A DNA stretch of 36,239 nt from Candidatus Wolframiiraptor sinensis (GTDB lineage Archaea > Thermoproteota > Nitrososphaeria_A > Caldarchaeales > Wolframiiraptoraceae): contig JALNKA010000002.1 in assembly GCA_023261815.1 (NCBI GenBank), positions 1-36,239 on the forward strand. The letters are read 5' to 3'. A program made the translations under genes and the position numbers. The notes under the pieces were generated by a model that was not told the origin of the DNA, did not search any database, and saw nothing but the letters and a program-made list of their open reading frames with translations. Shown piece after piece: positions 1 through 8,934 of the stretch; within the stretch, counting starts at the first letter, position 1, and each line of letters opens with the position of its first letter.

Positions 1-44
1 GCCTTCTAAGCCGGGGGTCGGGGGTTCAAGTCCCCCCGGGCCCG
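1..44 (+). tRNA. tRNA-Arg(TCT), 3' part (5' half lies outside the window)
   Basis: Anticodon loop CT-TCT-AA, T arm GGGGG-TTCAAGT-CCCCC, acceptor 3' strand CGGGCCC, discriminator G44; CCA not encoded. Confidence 0.9.
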
Positions 45-79
45 CTACGTAATTACGATTCGAGCATGTGGACAAAGTT

Positions 80-86
80 AAAAAAA
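80..86 (-). terminator. Oligo-T terminator candidate for the dehydrogenase gene ending at 102
   Basis: A7 on + (T7 on -) about 15 nt past the stop; archaeal intrinsic terminators are U-tracts. Confidence 0.55.
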
Positions 87-101
87 TTAGGGAGAATTGT
101 T

Positions 102-1106
102 TCACGTGCTGATTTTTGCTCTTAGGTTCTTTTTCTCCAAAACCTCCGGGTTTGCTATGTATTTCGGCTTTTTGCCACTGAGGACAGCTATTACGTCCTC
201 TGTTACCATGTCTCCCATGTTCTTCACGGCCTCCCATGTATGCGCTCCCGCGTGCGGCGTTATTATCACGTTGTCGAGCTTTAGGAGCTCGCTGTCTGGT
301 GGCGGCGGCTCATGCTCCAGCACATCTAATGCTGCTCCCGCTATCCAGCCTTCTTTCAGCGCCCTCACTAATGCCGCCTCATCCACGAGCTCTCCTCTCG
401 CCGTGTTTACGAGATATGCCGTCTTCTTCATCATTTTCAGCTCCCTCTCTCCTATCATGTGATACTTTCCCGGGGCCATCGAGGTGTGGATTGAGACTAT
501 GTCGGCTGTTGAGAGGAGCTCTTCAAGAGAGACGAGCTTTATTCCGATCTTCTCCGCCTCCTCTCTCGGGACATGCGGGCTATAGGCTATCACGTTCATA
601 TCGAACCCCTTAGCTATCTTCGCGACTATCCTCCCTATCCTTCCAAGCCCTATAATTCCCAGGGTCTTTCCATTCAGCTCGCGGCCGAGGCCTCTTCCCT
701 TAGCCCAGAGGCCCTGCTTGCCCGCCTCATTCAGCTTCGGAATATCTCTCATCAGGGCTAAAATGAGCGCGAAAGTATGCTCGGCGACAGCATTAGTATT
801 CGCTCCGGGGGTATATGTGACTATTATCCCGTTTCTCGTGGCCGCTTCCAAGTCCACGTTATCGGTGCCGACGCCATATCTCGCGAGGATCTTCAAGTTT
901 TCGGCAGAATCTATGACCTTCGCGGTATACTCATCCACGCCGGCGACCACCGCATCGTACTTCCCGATTATCTTCAGTAGATCAGCCTCCTTCAAGGGAG
1001 GATTTTCGGCGAACTCGACATCTCCAGCGGATTTCAGCCTCTCCAGTTGCTCTGGATAATATCTACCGTAAGATCTGGGTGTAACCAGTATCCTGGGCCT
1101 ACTCAT
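102..1106 (-). CDS. D-isomer-specific 2-hydroxyacid dehydrogenase (phosphoglycerate/glycerate dehydrogenase family)
   Basis: ARYGVGTDNVD, GIIGLGRIG (Rossmann), VNTARG, LDVLEHEP, TPHAG; start moved to ATG 1106 (MSRPRILVT) where the family domain begins, with a TAATAT box about 33 nt upstream. Confidence 0.9.
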   Translation of the reverse strand: MSRPRILVTPRSYGRYYPEQLERLKSAGDVEFAENPPLKEADLLKIIGKYDAVVAGVDEYTAKVIDSAENLKILARYGVGTDNVDLEAATRNGIIVTYTPGANTNAVAEHTFALILALMRDIPKLNEAGKQGLWAKGRGLGRELNGKTLGIIGLGRIGRIVAKIAKGFDMNVIAYSPHVPREEAEKIGIKLVSLEELLSTADIVSIHTSMAPGKYHMIGERELKMMKKTAYLVNTARGELVDEAALVRALKEGWIAGAALDVLEHEPPPPDSELLKLDNVIITPHAGAHTWEAVKNMGDMVTEDVIAVLSGKKPKYIANPEVLEKKNLRAKIST

Positions 1107-1271
1107 ATGAACATCGAGTGATCGTATAGTGTTGCAGGATATTAGCATTTTGTTTGTTTGAGCCATCACAGCCGCAATCTCCCTGCTTCAAGCCTGCTAA
1201 TATTGTAATGCAAGGTTAATTAGGAGGTGAGGAGATGATTGCCGCGAAGCGGAATAAGAGGGGATGAGTGA

Positions 1272-1958
1272 ATGGGCTTATTCGAGAAGCATGAGGTGAT
1301 CGCAGGCGTCATAAACATCGGGCTCGTGCCAATCTTCTATCATGGCGATGTTGAGATTGCTAGAAATGTTTCAGCCGCGGTTGCGGAAGCAGGTTCAAAG
1401 ATTCTCGAATTCACGAATAGGGGTCCAAGAGCCTTCCTAGTTTTCGAGGAGCTAGTGAGATGGAGGGATCGAGAGAGGCCTGACTTGATACTCGGGGCGG
1501 GGACAATCTTGGATCCGGCTACAGCCGTGCTTTACATAAACCTGGGGGCGGACTTCATAGTGGGCCCGAACTTCAACCCGGAGGTTGCTAAGATCTGTAA
1601 TAGGAGGCATGTGCCGTATATTCCCGGATGCAGCACTCCAACGGAGATAACCACCGCCGAGGAATATGGTGCGGACATCTTCAAGATATTCCCTGCCGAG
1701 GTTTTGACTCCGAAATTCATCAGCAACCTACTCGGGCCATATCCATGGCTTAAGCTTATGCCATCAGGGGGATTAAGGCCTGTTAAGGAGGAGATTGAGG
1801 AGTGGATTAAGGCGGGTGCCATCGCCTTGAACATGGGCGGCGCCCTCTTAAGAAAGGACTTAATCGATGCCAAGGACTATGAGGGGCTGAGAAAGAAGGT
1901 TGAGGAATGCTTAAGCTACATCAAGGAAGCAAAGTCGAAGTATGGGAAGAAGAAGTAA
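1272..1958 (+). CDS. eda: 2-dehydro-3-deoxy-phosphogluconate / 4-hydroxy-2-oxoglutarate aldolase (KDPG/KHG aldolase, Eda family)
   Basis: LEFTNR, LGAGTILD, FIVGP, PGCSTPTE, Schiff-base Lys in FKIFPA, MPSGG. Confidence 0.88.
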   Translation: MGLFEKHEVIAGVINIGLVPIFYHGDVEIARNVSAAVAEAGSKILEFTNRGPRAFLVFEELVRWRDRERPDLILGAGTILDPATAVLYINLGADFIVGPNFNPEVAKICNRRHVPYIPGCSTPTEITTAEEYGADIFKIFPAEVLTPKFISNLLGPYPWLKLMPSGGLRPVKEEIEEWIKAGAIALNMGGALLRKDLIDAKDYEGLRKKVEECLSYIKEAKSKYGKKK

Positions 1959-1974
1959 GCTGTTTACTAACCCC

Positions 1975-3021
1975 CTATTTTCTCCCTATTTTTGCTCTGA
2001 GATTCGGCATTTCCAATACTTCGGGATTTAGTATCCAGAGGGGCTTTTCGCCTCCAAGTATCCTTAGGGTTTCAGCTATAGCATATTCATCCATCAGCTT
2101 GCAAGTCTTATCCACGGCGAATCCTACATGCGGCGTTATTATTACGTTATCCATTTTCAGTATTGGGTGGTCAGCTGGTATGGGCTCCGGGTCGAATACG
2201 TCGAGCGCGGCTGCTTTGACGATGCCGTTCTTCAATGCCCAGAGCAGGGCTTCAGAGTCTATTATCCTCCCCCTAGCCGTGTTGATTATATAGACGCCCT
2301 TCTTCATCTTCCTGAACCTCTCCATGTTTAGCAGTTTCTCGGTCTCGGGTGTTAATGGGGCATGTATACTTATTATGTCGGATTGCGCAAGGAGCTCATC
2401 TATGCTGGAGACCGCTATCGCGCCGCTTAACCTGATGAACTCGCGCGATACATATGGGTCGTAAACTAGAATCTGTTTAGGCTTAAAGGGCTTGATCAGC
2501 TCCAGAACCCTGAATCCTATCGCGCCAAGCCCTATCAAGCCCACCACCTTATCCTCCAGGGATTCGCCGATTAAGGTCTCGAACTCTTCCCCGTATCCCT
2601 GATTTATCCTCCATTTACCTGCCTTGATGAAGTCTCGTGCTTGCGGGATTTTCCTCAGCATCGAGAGCATCAGGGCGACCGCTTGCTCCGCCACAGCCTC
2701 ATTTAACAGGTAGGGCGGAAGCCTCGAGACTATCACGCCCTCCCTCGTTGCATCCTCTATGACGACATTATCGTATCCCACGCCCCACCGTATCACGGCC
2801 TTGAGCTTTGGAAGCCTTCTGAAGAGCTCTCCATCATAGGTTATGGTCGAGCCCGCTATTATAATGTCTGAATCCCTTAACTTCTCGCACTTCTCCTCGA
2901 TAGGGGCATCCGCGTTGATGTAAACCTTCGTCAGCTCTATATCCTGGCCTTGAAGCATTTGGTGGATATTGCCGACAACTCCGAATAGCCTCACGTTCAC
3001 CACGCAAATTTTCGCCGGCAT
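1975..3021 (-). CDS. D-2-hydroxyacid dehydrogenase (glyoxylate reductase/glycerate dehydrogenase-like)
   Basis: RWGVGYDNV, GLIGLGAIG, INTARG, LDVFDPEP, TPHVG. Confidence 0.9.
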   Translation of the reverse strand: MPAKICVVNVRLFGVVGNIHQMLQGQDIELTKVYINADAPIEEKCEKLRDSDIIIAGSTITYDGELFRRLPKLKAVIRWGVGYDNVVIEDATREGVIVSRLPPYLLNEAVAEQAVALMLSMLRKIPQARDFIKAGKWRINQGYGEEFETLIGESLEDKVVGLIGLGAIGFRVLELIKPFKPKQILVYDPYVSREFIRLSGAIAVSSIDELLAQSDIISIHAPLTPETEKLLNMERFRKMKKGVYIINTARGRIIDSEALLWALKNGIVKAAALDVFDPEPIPADHPILKMDNVIITPHVGFAVDKTCKLMDEYAIAETLRILGGEKPLWILNPEVLEMPNLRAKIGRK

Positions 3022-3116
3022 TTCCTCATTTAAGCCGTTAATCCATGAAATATACTTTGGTTATGATCCCGCTATTTTGCCTTGACGTGGGATTTTAGGA
3101 ATGGTCCATGTGTGGG

Positions 3117-3133
3117 GAAAATGCTTTTAAATA
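3117..3133 (+). promoter_or_regulatory. BRE-TATA promoter of the speD-speE operon
   Basis: GAAAATGC followed by TTTTAAATA about 55-60 nt upstream of the speD ATG; TGCTTTTAAA is repeated about 20 nt downstream. Confidence 0.6.
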
Positions 3134-3188
3134 GTCTTGCTGCTTTTAAACCGGCTCTTCGGGGGAGGGGAGAATCTGATTGGGGGAG

Positions 3189-3566
3189 ATGAAGGTCTTG
3201 GGGCGGCATATAATAGCGGAGATGTATGGATGCGACTCCAGCCTTCTCTCAGACATAGATAAATCTGTCTCGATATTGCGCGAGGCCGTGGAGGCTGCTG
3301 GCGCGACCTACTTAGGAGAATTTCATAAAAAGTTTGAGCCATGGGGAGGCATTACTGTGATTATAGCGCTTGCCGAGTCGCATATATCGTTGCATACGTG
3401 GCCAGAGTATGGTTATGCTGCTCTGGATATCTTTACTTGCGGGGAGAAGGCGGATCCATGGAGAGCCTATGAATATGTCGTGAGGAGCTTCAAGCCCGAG
3501 AAAGTGAATGTAACGGAGATGGTGCGAGGGCTTATAAAGATGGAGAAATTCCAAGAAACGAGATAG
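3189..3566 (+). CDS. speD: S-adenosylmethionine decarboxylase proenzyme (pyruvoyl-dependent)
   Basis: GRHIIAE, self-cleavage site AE|SHISLHTWPE, DIFTCG; adjacent to an aminopropyltransferase; ATG 3189 after GGGGGAG. Confidence 0.9.
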   Translation: MKVLGRHIIAEMYGCDSSLLSDIDKSVSILREAVEAAGATYLGEFHKKFEPWGGITVIIALAESHISLHTWPEYGYAALDIFTCGEKADPWRAYEYVVRSFKPEKVNVTEMVRGLIKMEKFQETR

Positions 3567-3571
3567 GTGGT

Positions 3572-4525
3572 ATGCTCATCAGAATATCCTCAACGAAGTT
3601 CGTCCTCGAGTGGATAACCGAGAGCCTGGCATCCCTCTACGGCATCGAGGAGGTAATCTATTCCGGGAGAACGAGGTATCAAAGGGTCGATATACTGAGG
3701 ACGAGGGATTTCGGCGTGGTCCTGCTTCTAGATGGCTTCCTCCAATCCTCCGGGGAGGATGAATTCATCTATCATGAGCTTCTCGTTCATCCAGCTATGG
3801 TGGCTCATCCAAGGCCGAGGCGTGTCCTAATAATAGGCGGGGGCGAGGGCGCGACCGCCAGAGAGGTCGAGAGATACCTTGATGTCGAGGAGATACAGAT
3901 GGTCGATCTAGATGGAGAGCTGATAGAGATCGTGAAGAAGTATCTTCCATGGGGGAGGGAGGGGTTCGAGGATCCGCGCCTAAAGCTCGTGATCGCGGAG
4001 GGCAGAGAATACCTGTCCAAGCAGCCCGACGAGCACTATGACGTGATAATCATGGATGCGACGGATCCATCGGAGGAAGGGCTGTCAATACAGCTCTATA
4101 CTAGGGAGTTCTATGAGCTCGCCTTCCGGAAGCTCGGAGCTCGAGGGATAATCGTCACCCACGCCGCGCCCCTGCTGATCAGGGATGCTGTTGTAGCCTC
4201 GGTCCAGAAGACCATGGCTTCAGTCTTTCCCCGCACATGCCTCTACGCCTCATATGTGAAGTCCCTTGAGGCGATGTGGAGCTTCATCGCGGGCTCTAAG
4301 GGGATTCTGCCATCCGACCTGCGAGGAGGTGAAGTTGACAAGAGGCTTGAGGAGCGGGGCGTTAAGGGGCTGAGATTTTACTCCGGCGAGGTCCATGATG
4401 CCATCTTCGCCCTCACGAGAAGCTACCTGAAGCATGTTAAGGCTGAGGGAGTAACTTACTCGGATGGGATGTTTTCTAAGGCTGCGAGCCAAAACCCTAA
4501 ATCCCCCCGTGCTGGAGCTCTTTAA
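3572..4525 (+). CDS. speE: Polyamine aminopropyltransferase (spermidine synthase family)
   Basis: LLLDGFLQS, DEFIYHELLVHP, VLIIGGGEGATARE, DVIIMDATDP, LYTREFY. Confidence 0.93.
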   Translation: MLIRISSTKFVLEWITESLASLYGIEEVIYSGRTRYQRVDILRTRDFGVVLLLDGFLQSSGEDEFIYHELLVHPAMVAHPRPRRVLIIGGGEGATAREVERYLDVEEIQMVDLDGELIEIVKKYLPWGREGFEDPRLKLVIAEGREYLSKQPDEHYDVIIMDATDPSEEGLSIQLYTREFYELAFRKLGARGIIVTHAAPLLIRDAVVASVQKTMASVFPRTCLYASYVKSLEAMWSFIAGSKGILPSDLRGGEVDKRLEERGVKGLRFYSGEVHDAIFALTRSYLKHVKAEGVTYSDGMFSKAASQNPKSPRAGAL

Positions 4526-4538
4526 TAGGAGCTCGGAT

Positions 4539-4940
4539 ATGATCGAGGGCATAGAGTGGCTCTTTATAGCGCTCATAGTAATCATCCTCATACTATGGGA
4601 TCCGCAAACCATACCGAGATTCGCCCGAGCGCTGGCCGAGGCGAGGAGAGAATATGAGAAGGCCTCCTCAACCGTTCAGGAGCTGGTCAGAGAGTTCGAG
4701 AGCGAGGTCGAGAAGCAGGCTCAGCAAGATCAAGGGGATATCGAGAGGGATATAATCGAGAAGGCGAGAAGCCTCGGGATAGAGACGTATGGAAAGACTA
4801 GGGAAGAGCTTCTCATAGCTATATTCAAGAAGAGCATGGAGAAAGCGGAGAAGAAGGAGGAGACCCAGCCATCAGAGAGCAAGACTGATCAGAATTCCTT
4901 AAATAATGAGGCCGCGCCACCTAGACCCGACAAATCTTGA
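4539..4940 (+). CDS. tatA: Twin-arginine translocase TatA/TatB family subunit
   Basis: MIEGIEWLFIALIVIILILW (single N-terminal TM), PQTIPRFARALAEARREYEKA amphipathic helix, and a tail with ARSLGIETYGKTREEL as in TACK TatA; ATG 4539 follows the speE stop. Confidence 0.75.
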   Translation: MIEGIEWLFIALIVIILILWDPQTIPRFARALAEARREYEKASSTVQELVREFESEVEKQAQQDQGDIERDIIEKARSLGIETYGKTREELLIAIFKKSMEKAEKKEETQPSESKTDQNSLNNEAAPPRPDKS

Positions 4941-6544
4941 GGTCGAGAAGGTTATCGTTATTCACGGCTCTCGTGATAGCGCTACTGGCCTCACAGCTGA
5001 TAGCTCCAGCCTCAGCCTTCAATCAACAAGCCCCGCGCAGAGTTATCGAGGTGAATGAGAATGGACTCGTGTACGTTTACGACGTCTTACCATCGACCGG
5101 CGGCGCCATCAGAGTTGGATTTCCGAGGGATCTCATCAGGAACCTGGTGAACTACGCGTGTGAGGAGGATCATGAGCTCGAGCTCGTGGTAGAGGGTGAT
5201 TTCTTCTGGATAGTTGTGGACGGCGCGCCGAGTCCCGAGATCCATCTCCTAACCATCTTCCGCGACATCGTTTCATGGAATTCCATTGCTCAGACGTATT
5301 CCTTGAGAATTCCAATTCATCCGAGAGTTGAGGGCCTTAGTAGGGCTGAGTTCTCGGTGGAGGTTAGGCTGCCCAAGGATGCCTTGATTGCCGAGATCTC
5401 GCCAAGCTTACTCAATCAGACCGGGCCCGGCGTGCTCTCCGGAACGCTGCATGACCTAGACCTATCTAGAGAGAACATTAGCATGGTCTCGATAAGCTTC
5501 TCGAGCGAGAGCCTCAGGCTTCTCGACGTAATCTTGGCGAGGCTCCTCGTCGAGGTTCCGGATGGGAAAGTCAGCATATCGCTGAGGATGAGGCTTCTCG
5601 GCGGCTCCCGGCTGAGCGAGATTAGGTTGAAGCTGCCAGAGGGCTTCGAGCTGCTAGGGGTCGAAGATGCGCTGGGAAAGCTGTCGAGCAGCGCGGGTGA
5701 GGGCGGCGTGGTCGCGGTGAGGCTGAGGCAGCCTCTCACTGAGGGCAGATTCGAGTTTTTCACCGTTATCGCTAAGGCGGGCGAAGGCTCCAATCCAATA
5801 AAGCTCGGGGATAGAGAGGTCTCGATAGGCCTGCTCATGCCTCTGAATACCACAGTATGGACCTATGATGTTGAGATACGATTGAGAGGAGGAGAAGTCA
5901 AGTCGTGGAGCCCCGAGCCCATCGAGTTGAGGAGAGAGTATCCCGAGAAGACGATTCTAGTCTATCGATTTAATCGCATTGACCCGATTAACGCCGGCGA
6001 GTTCAGGATCGTCATGAATTATGAGCGGGGGGTGAGCTTCTTCCAGATAGCGCCTTACCTCGCTCTAGCATCCCTAATACTTCTCGCATCCTCGATAACC
6101 GCTATCTACAGATCTCGGGGAAAAGCTGTCGAGAAGAGGCCCGGCGAGGGCCTTATCGATGAGGTGATCTCGATCACTGGGATCTATCAGAGGCTCATGG
6201 GCTTGATCTCGAGCGATAAGATTTATGATCGCGGCCTAGCCCGCAAGACGCTATTAGAGCTGAGGGCAGAGGTCAAGCAGCGGGTTGAGAGCATTAGGAG
6301 GATGGGCAATGAGCTCGCGAGGGAGGAGCCCAAGGCCGCCGAGCAGGTTAAGGAGCTCGTGAAAGCGGTCGAAGACTTCCAGCACGCTGTCGAGAGAACT
6401 TGGAGCATGATCTACCCGTATCTCTCGAGATCTCTGCCGAGGAGCAAGCTCGATGAGGCTCTGAAGGAGTGCCGCGAGAGCCTCAGGAGAGCCTATGACC
6501 CAATAGCCAGCGAGCTCGAGGGCTTAAAGAGGAGGCTAAGCTAG
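4937..6544 (+). CDS. Type I membrane protein: signal peptide, two beta-rich extracellular repeats, TM helix, helical cytoplasmic tail (ribophorin I-like architecture)
   Basis: Signal peptide ending PASA-F; RRVIEVNENGLVYVYD; two VEVRLP / IRLKLP-type modules; TM IAPYLALASLILLASSITAIY; about 140-aa charged helical C-terminus; TTG start overlaps the tatA stop. Confidence 0.6.
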   Translation: MRSRRLSLFTALVIALLASQLIAPASAFNQQAPRRVIEVNENGLVYVYDVLPSTGGAIRVGFPRDLIRNLVNYACEEDHELELVVEGDFFWIVVDGAPSPEIHLLTIFRDIVSWNSIAQTYSLRIPIHPRVEGLSRAEFSVEVRLPKDALIAEISPSLLNQTGPGVLSGTLHDLDLSRENISMVSISFSSESLRLLDVILARLLVEVPDGKVSISLRMRLLGGSRLSEIRLKLPEGFELLGVEDALGKLSSSAGEGGVVAVRLRQPLTEGRFEFFTVIAKAGEGSNPIKLGDREVSIGLLMPLNTTVWTYDVEIRLRGGEVKSWSPEPIELRREYPEKTILVYRFNRIDPINAGEFRIVMNYERGVSFFQIAPYLALASLILLASSITAIYRSRGKAVEKRPGEGLIDEVISITGIYQRLMGLISSDKIYDRGLARKTLLELRAEVKQRVESIRRMGNELAREEPKAAEQVKELVKAVEDFQHAVERTWSMIYPYLSRSLPRSKLDEALKECRESLRRAYDPIASELEGLKRRLS

Positions 6545-7588
6545 GAGCTCAATCTCCCTCAAAACCGCGTTGAAGGGATCCTCCATTATCCTCCAGAGAT
6601 TCTGAGCCCTTCTTCTCCAGGAATCCCTGATCGCGTCGAGCTCCTCCAGAAGCTCGGCTAGAGCTCGGATCACCGCTTCCGGCTCCCTGATGTGCATGAG
6701 GAGCTTTCTTTTCACGAGGAACCTGAGGACCGCTGGAAGCTCTCCCGGGTAGATGGAGATTGCCGGGATCCCCAGTAGCGAGGCCTCCTGAGTCATCGTC
6801 CCACCGCCTCCGATAAAGATCGCCGAGAACGCTATCAATGATGCTCCAGGAACCAGTCTATCCACTATCACCGCCTCTCCGCCCAGAGTTCTCCTCGCGA
6901 GCTCAGCCTGCTCCAAGTACCTGCACAGCACCACGAGCTTCATCTCTCCGAGCATCCCGGCGATCTTGCGCGCGAGCTCCAGGAACTCGCGGTCTTCAGC
7001 TTTTAGGTATGATGCTTGGGTCTCGGGCATCCTGAAGAGCACGTAACCTCCCTCCTCTAAGTCTCCAAGAGCGCTTCTATCGGGCTTGAAATCCCTGAGC
7101 CAGAAGCATGGATCCAGCGCCCTATAACGCGCTATCATTCTCCTGCTGGCGCCAGCCTCAATCCACTCTTGAAGAGGAATTACCCAGGGGGTTAGAATCT
7201 TTCTGGAGAGGGGAGCGGATAGCCTATTCACCGGCGAGTGCGGCGTATCGGAGATCATGAGGTGGGGTATCCCGAGGCCGTAAGCTATTCTAGCAGCCTC
7301 CGGCGAGCCGCTCGAGAAGCATACATCCGGTTTATCGCCGATCACGATATCAAACAGAATCCTCATTCTCTCTATGCTGGCTTTGAGCTTGCCCTCCATG
7401 CTCCCGCCACCCCACTCCCCGACCCTGATTACACCCCAATCCCTGAATTTCGTCTCAATGAGCTCGTCAAGCTGAACATATCTCCTCGATGTTAGGAGGA
7501 TGCTGTGGCCCAGCCTCCTAAATCTCTCGGCCAGGCTCGTGAATAGGAGGAGCTGCTTGGGGCTCAGGATATCCATCCAGACTTTCAT
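6536..7588 (-). CDS. DUF354 family GT-B fold protein (glycosyltransferase / UDP-GlcNAc epimerase-like)
   Basis: MKVWMDILSPKQ, SSGSPEAARIAYGLGIP, ISDTPH, IGGGGTMTQEASLLGIP. Confidence 0.85.
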   Translation of the reverse strand: MKVWMDILSPKQLLLFTSLAERFRRLGHSILLTSRRYVQLDELIETKFRDWGVIRVGEWGGGSMEGKLKASIERMRILFDIVIGDKPDVCFSSGSPEAARIAYGLGIPHLMISDTPHSPVNRLSAPLSRKILTPWVIPLQEWIEAGASRRMIARYRALDPCFWLRDFKPDRSALGDLEEGGYVLFRMPETQASYLKAEDREFLELARKIAGMLGEMKLVVLCRYLEQAELARRTLGGEAVIVDRLVPGASLIAFSAIFIGGGGTMTQEASLLGIPAISIYPGELPAVLRFLVKRKLLMHIREPEAVIRALAELLEELDAIRDSWRRRAQNLWRIMEDPFNAVLREIELLA

Positions 7589-7597
7589 GTCCCGAGG

Positions 7598-8881
7598 CTA
7601 CTCCGGCTTCTGCGGATTTATAGACTCGAACTCGCCGTAAACGTGATCGACGTCGAGACCGGAGCTCAGCAGGAGCCTCGCCTCAACCTCGTCCGCGAAC
7701 TCCGATGCCAGCTCCCTGTCAAATGACACGATCTCATCTATCAAGTCTATTGGAAATGGCAGGCCTGTCGCCGGGTTCGCGGATGCTTGAAGATGGGCTA
7801 GGGCTTGATCCTGATCTACGCCGCTTCCGAGCTCTATGCATGCCGGCGCGGCATAGGGAGATAGCCTGACGTAAAGCCTCCTCGGAGATAGCACCTCGCG
7901 ATAGGTCGCGTCCTTGAGAGCGTCGCACGCGCCCTCGGGGCAGAGATCCGTCGCTATCTGAAGTCTAAGCTTCCCCTCAACATGCTCAAGGACTATCCTT
8001 AGCTTCTCATCATCGGGCTTTCCACTGATCTTCCTCTTTATCTCGCGGAACCATCCCTTCAAGCCGCTGTAATGGAGGTAGTATGAGTTTTCGCCGAGTA
8101 GGTCCGCGTAGTCGAAGTATTCTCCGGGGCGCATGAGCCTCCTGAGTATTGCTCTATCGTTTCTGTTCAACATCGAATTGAGGGACCATGTTCTCGAGAG
8201 GAGCCAGCCATCTATCGCCGCTGTTCTAACCCTCTTTATCACCGCCACGGCTCTCCCGCTCTCCCTCAACCTCCTCGTAAGCTCATAGACCTCGTCGATT
8301 AGATCCCATCCAGTCTTTATGCTCAGCCGCTCGAGCTCCGGGCCCTCGAGGCCCATCTCATCAACTCTCTTATCCTTTATCTCGCTACACCGGGTCCTAA
8401 AGCCGTAGAAGGAGCCGTCGATGAGCATGAGATCGACATCATACTTCTCGATGCATCGGAGGGCCAGCCTGCGCTCGAGGAGCGTCGCGAGAAGGCTTAA
8501 GATCTTCCTAGTGTGCAGCGGGCTGCCGGTCTGGGGAGATACCAGGTACCCCGACTCCATGGACTCCTCATCATCGTCCGTGATTATCTCATCGCCATCG
8601 AAGACCATGTATGTCGCCGCGTAGACCCCGATCCTGAAGCCGAGCCTTTCGCTGAGCTTCGGCGAAAAGGATCCATCAACAACACCGATCCTGAGATCGG
8701 GGAGGCGATCGCCGGAAATTCTCCTAAACCTCAGGTTTTGCATAAGCTGGCCAAGCTTCTCATCCTCCCTTCTAAGGATCCTTGAGATCCGCCCGCAAGC
8801 CTCCTCCGCCAGCTCGAAGAACTGCTTTTGGAGCCTTGGAGGAAGCTTCGAGAATGCCGTCTCCCTCTCCGGCTCGCTCAA
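7598..8881 (-). CDS. nurA: NurA family 5'-3' nuclease
   Basis: GVVDGS, LMLIDGS, AVAVIKR, GLPFPIDLID; probable TTG start at 8881 behind SD GGTGGAGG and a GAAAACC-TTTATC promoter (ORF track start is 8938). Confidence 0.85.
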   Translation of the reverse strand: MSEPERETAFSKLPPRLQKQFFELAEEACGRISRILRREDEKLGQLMQNLRFRRISGDRLPDLRIGVVDGSFSPKLSERLGFRIGVYAATYMVFDGDEIITDDDEESMESGYLVSPQTGSPLHTRKILSLLATLLERRLALRCIEKYDVDLMLIDGSFYGFRTRCSEIKDKRVDEMGLEGPELERLSIKTGWDLIDEVYELTRRLRESGRAVAVIKRVRTAAIDGWLLSRTWSLNSMLNRNDRAILRRLMRPGEYFDYADLLGENSYYLHYSGLKGWFREIKRKISGKPDDEKLRIVLEHVEGKLRLQIATDLCPEGACDALKDATYREVLSPRRLYVRLSPYAAPACIELGSGVDQDQALAHLQASANPATGLPFPIDLIDEIVSFDRELASEFADEVEARLLLSSGLDVDHVYGEFESINPQKPE

Positions 8882-8934
8882 CCGGCCTCCACCAGCGGGT
8901 TGAGAGCCGCCCATCCGATAAAGGTTTTCCGAGA

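Noticed and set aside
1-3180. Integrated element at tRNA-Arg
   Set aside because: No integrase and no duplicated tRNA 3' end found by eye; kept only as a possible islet
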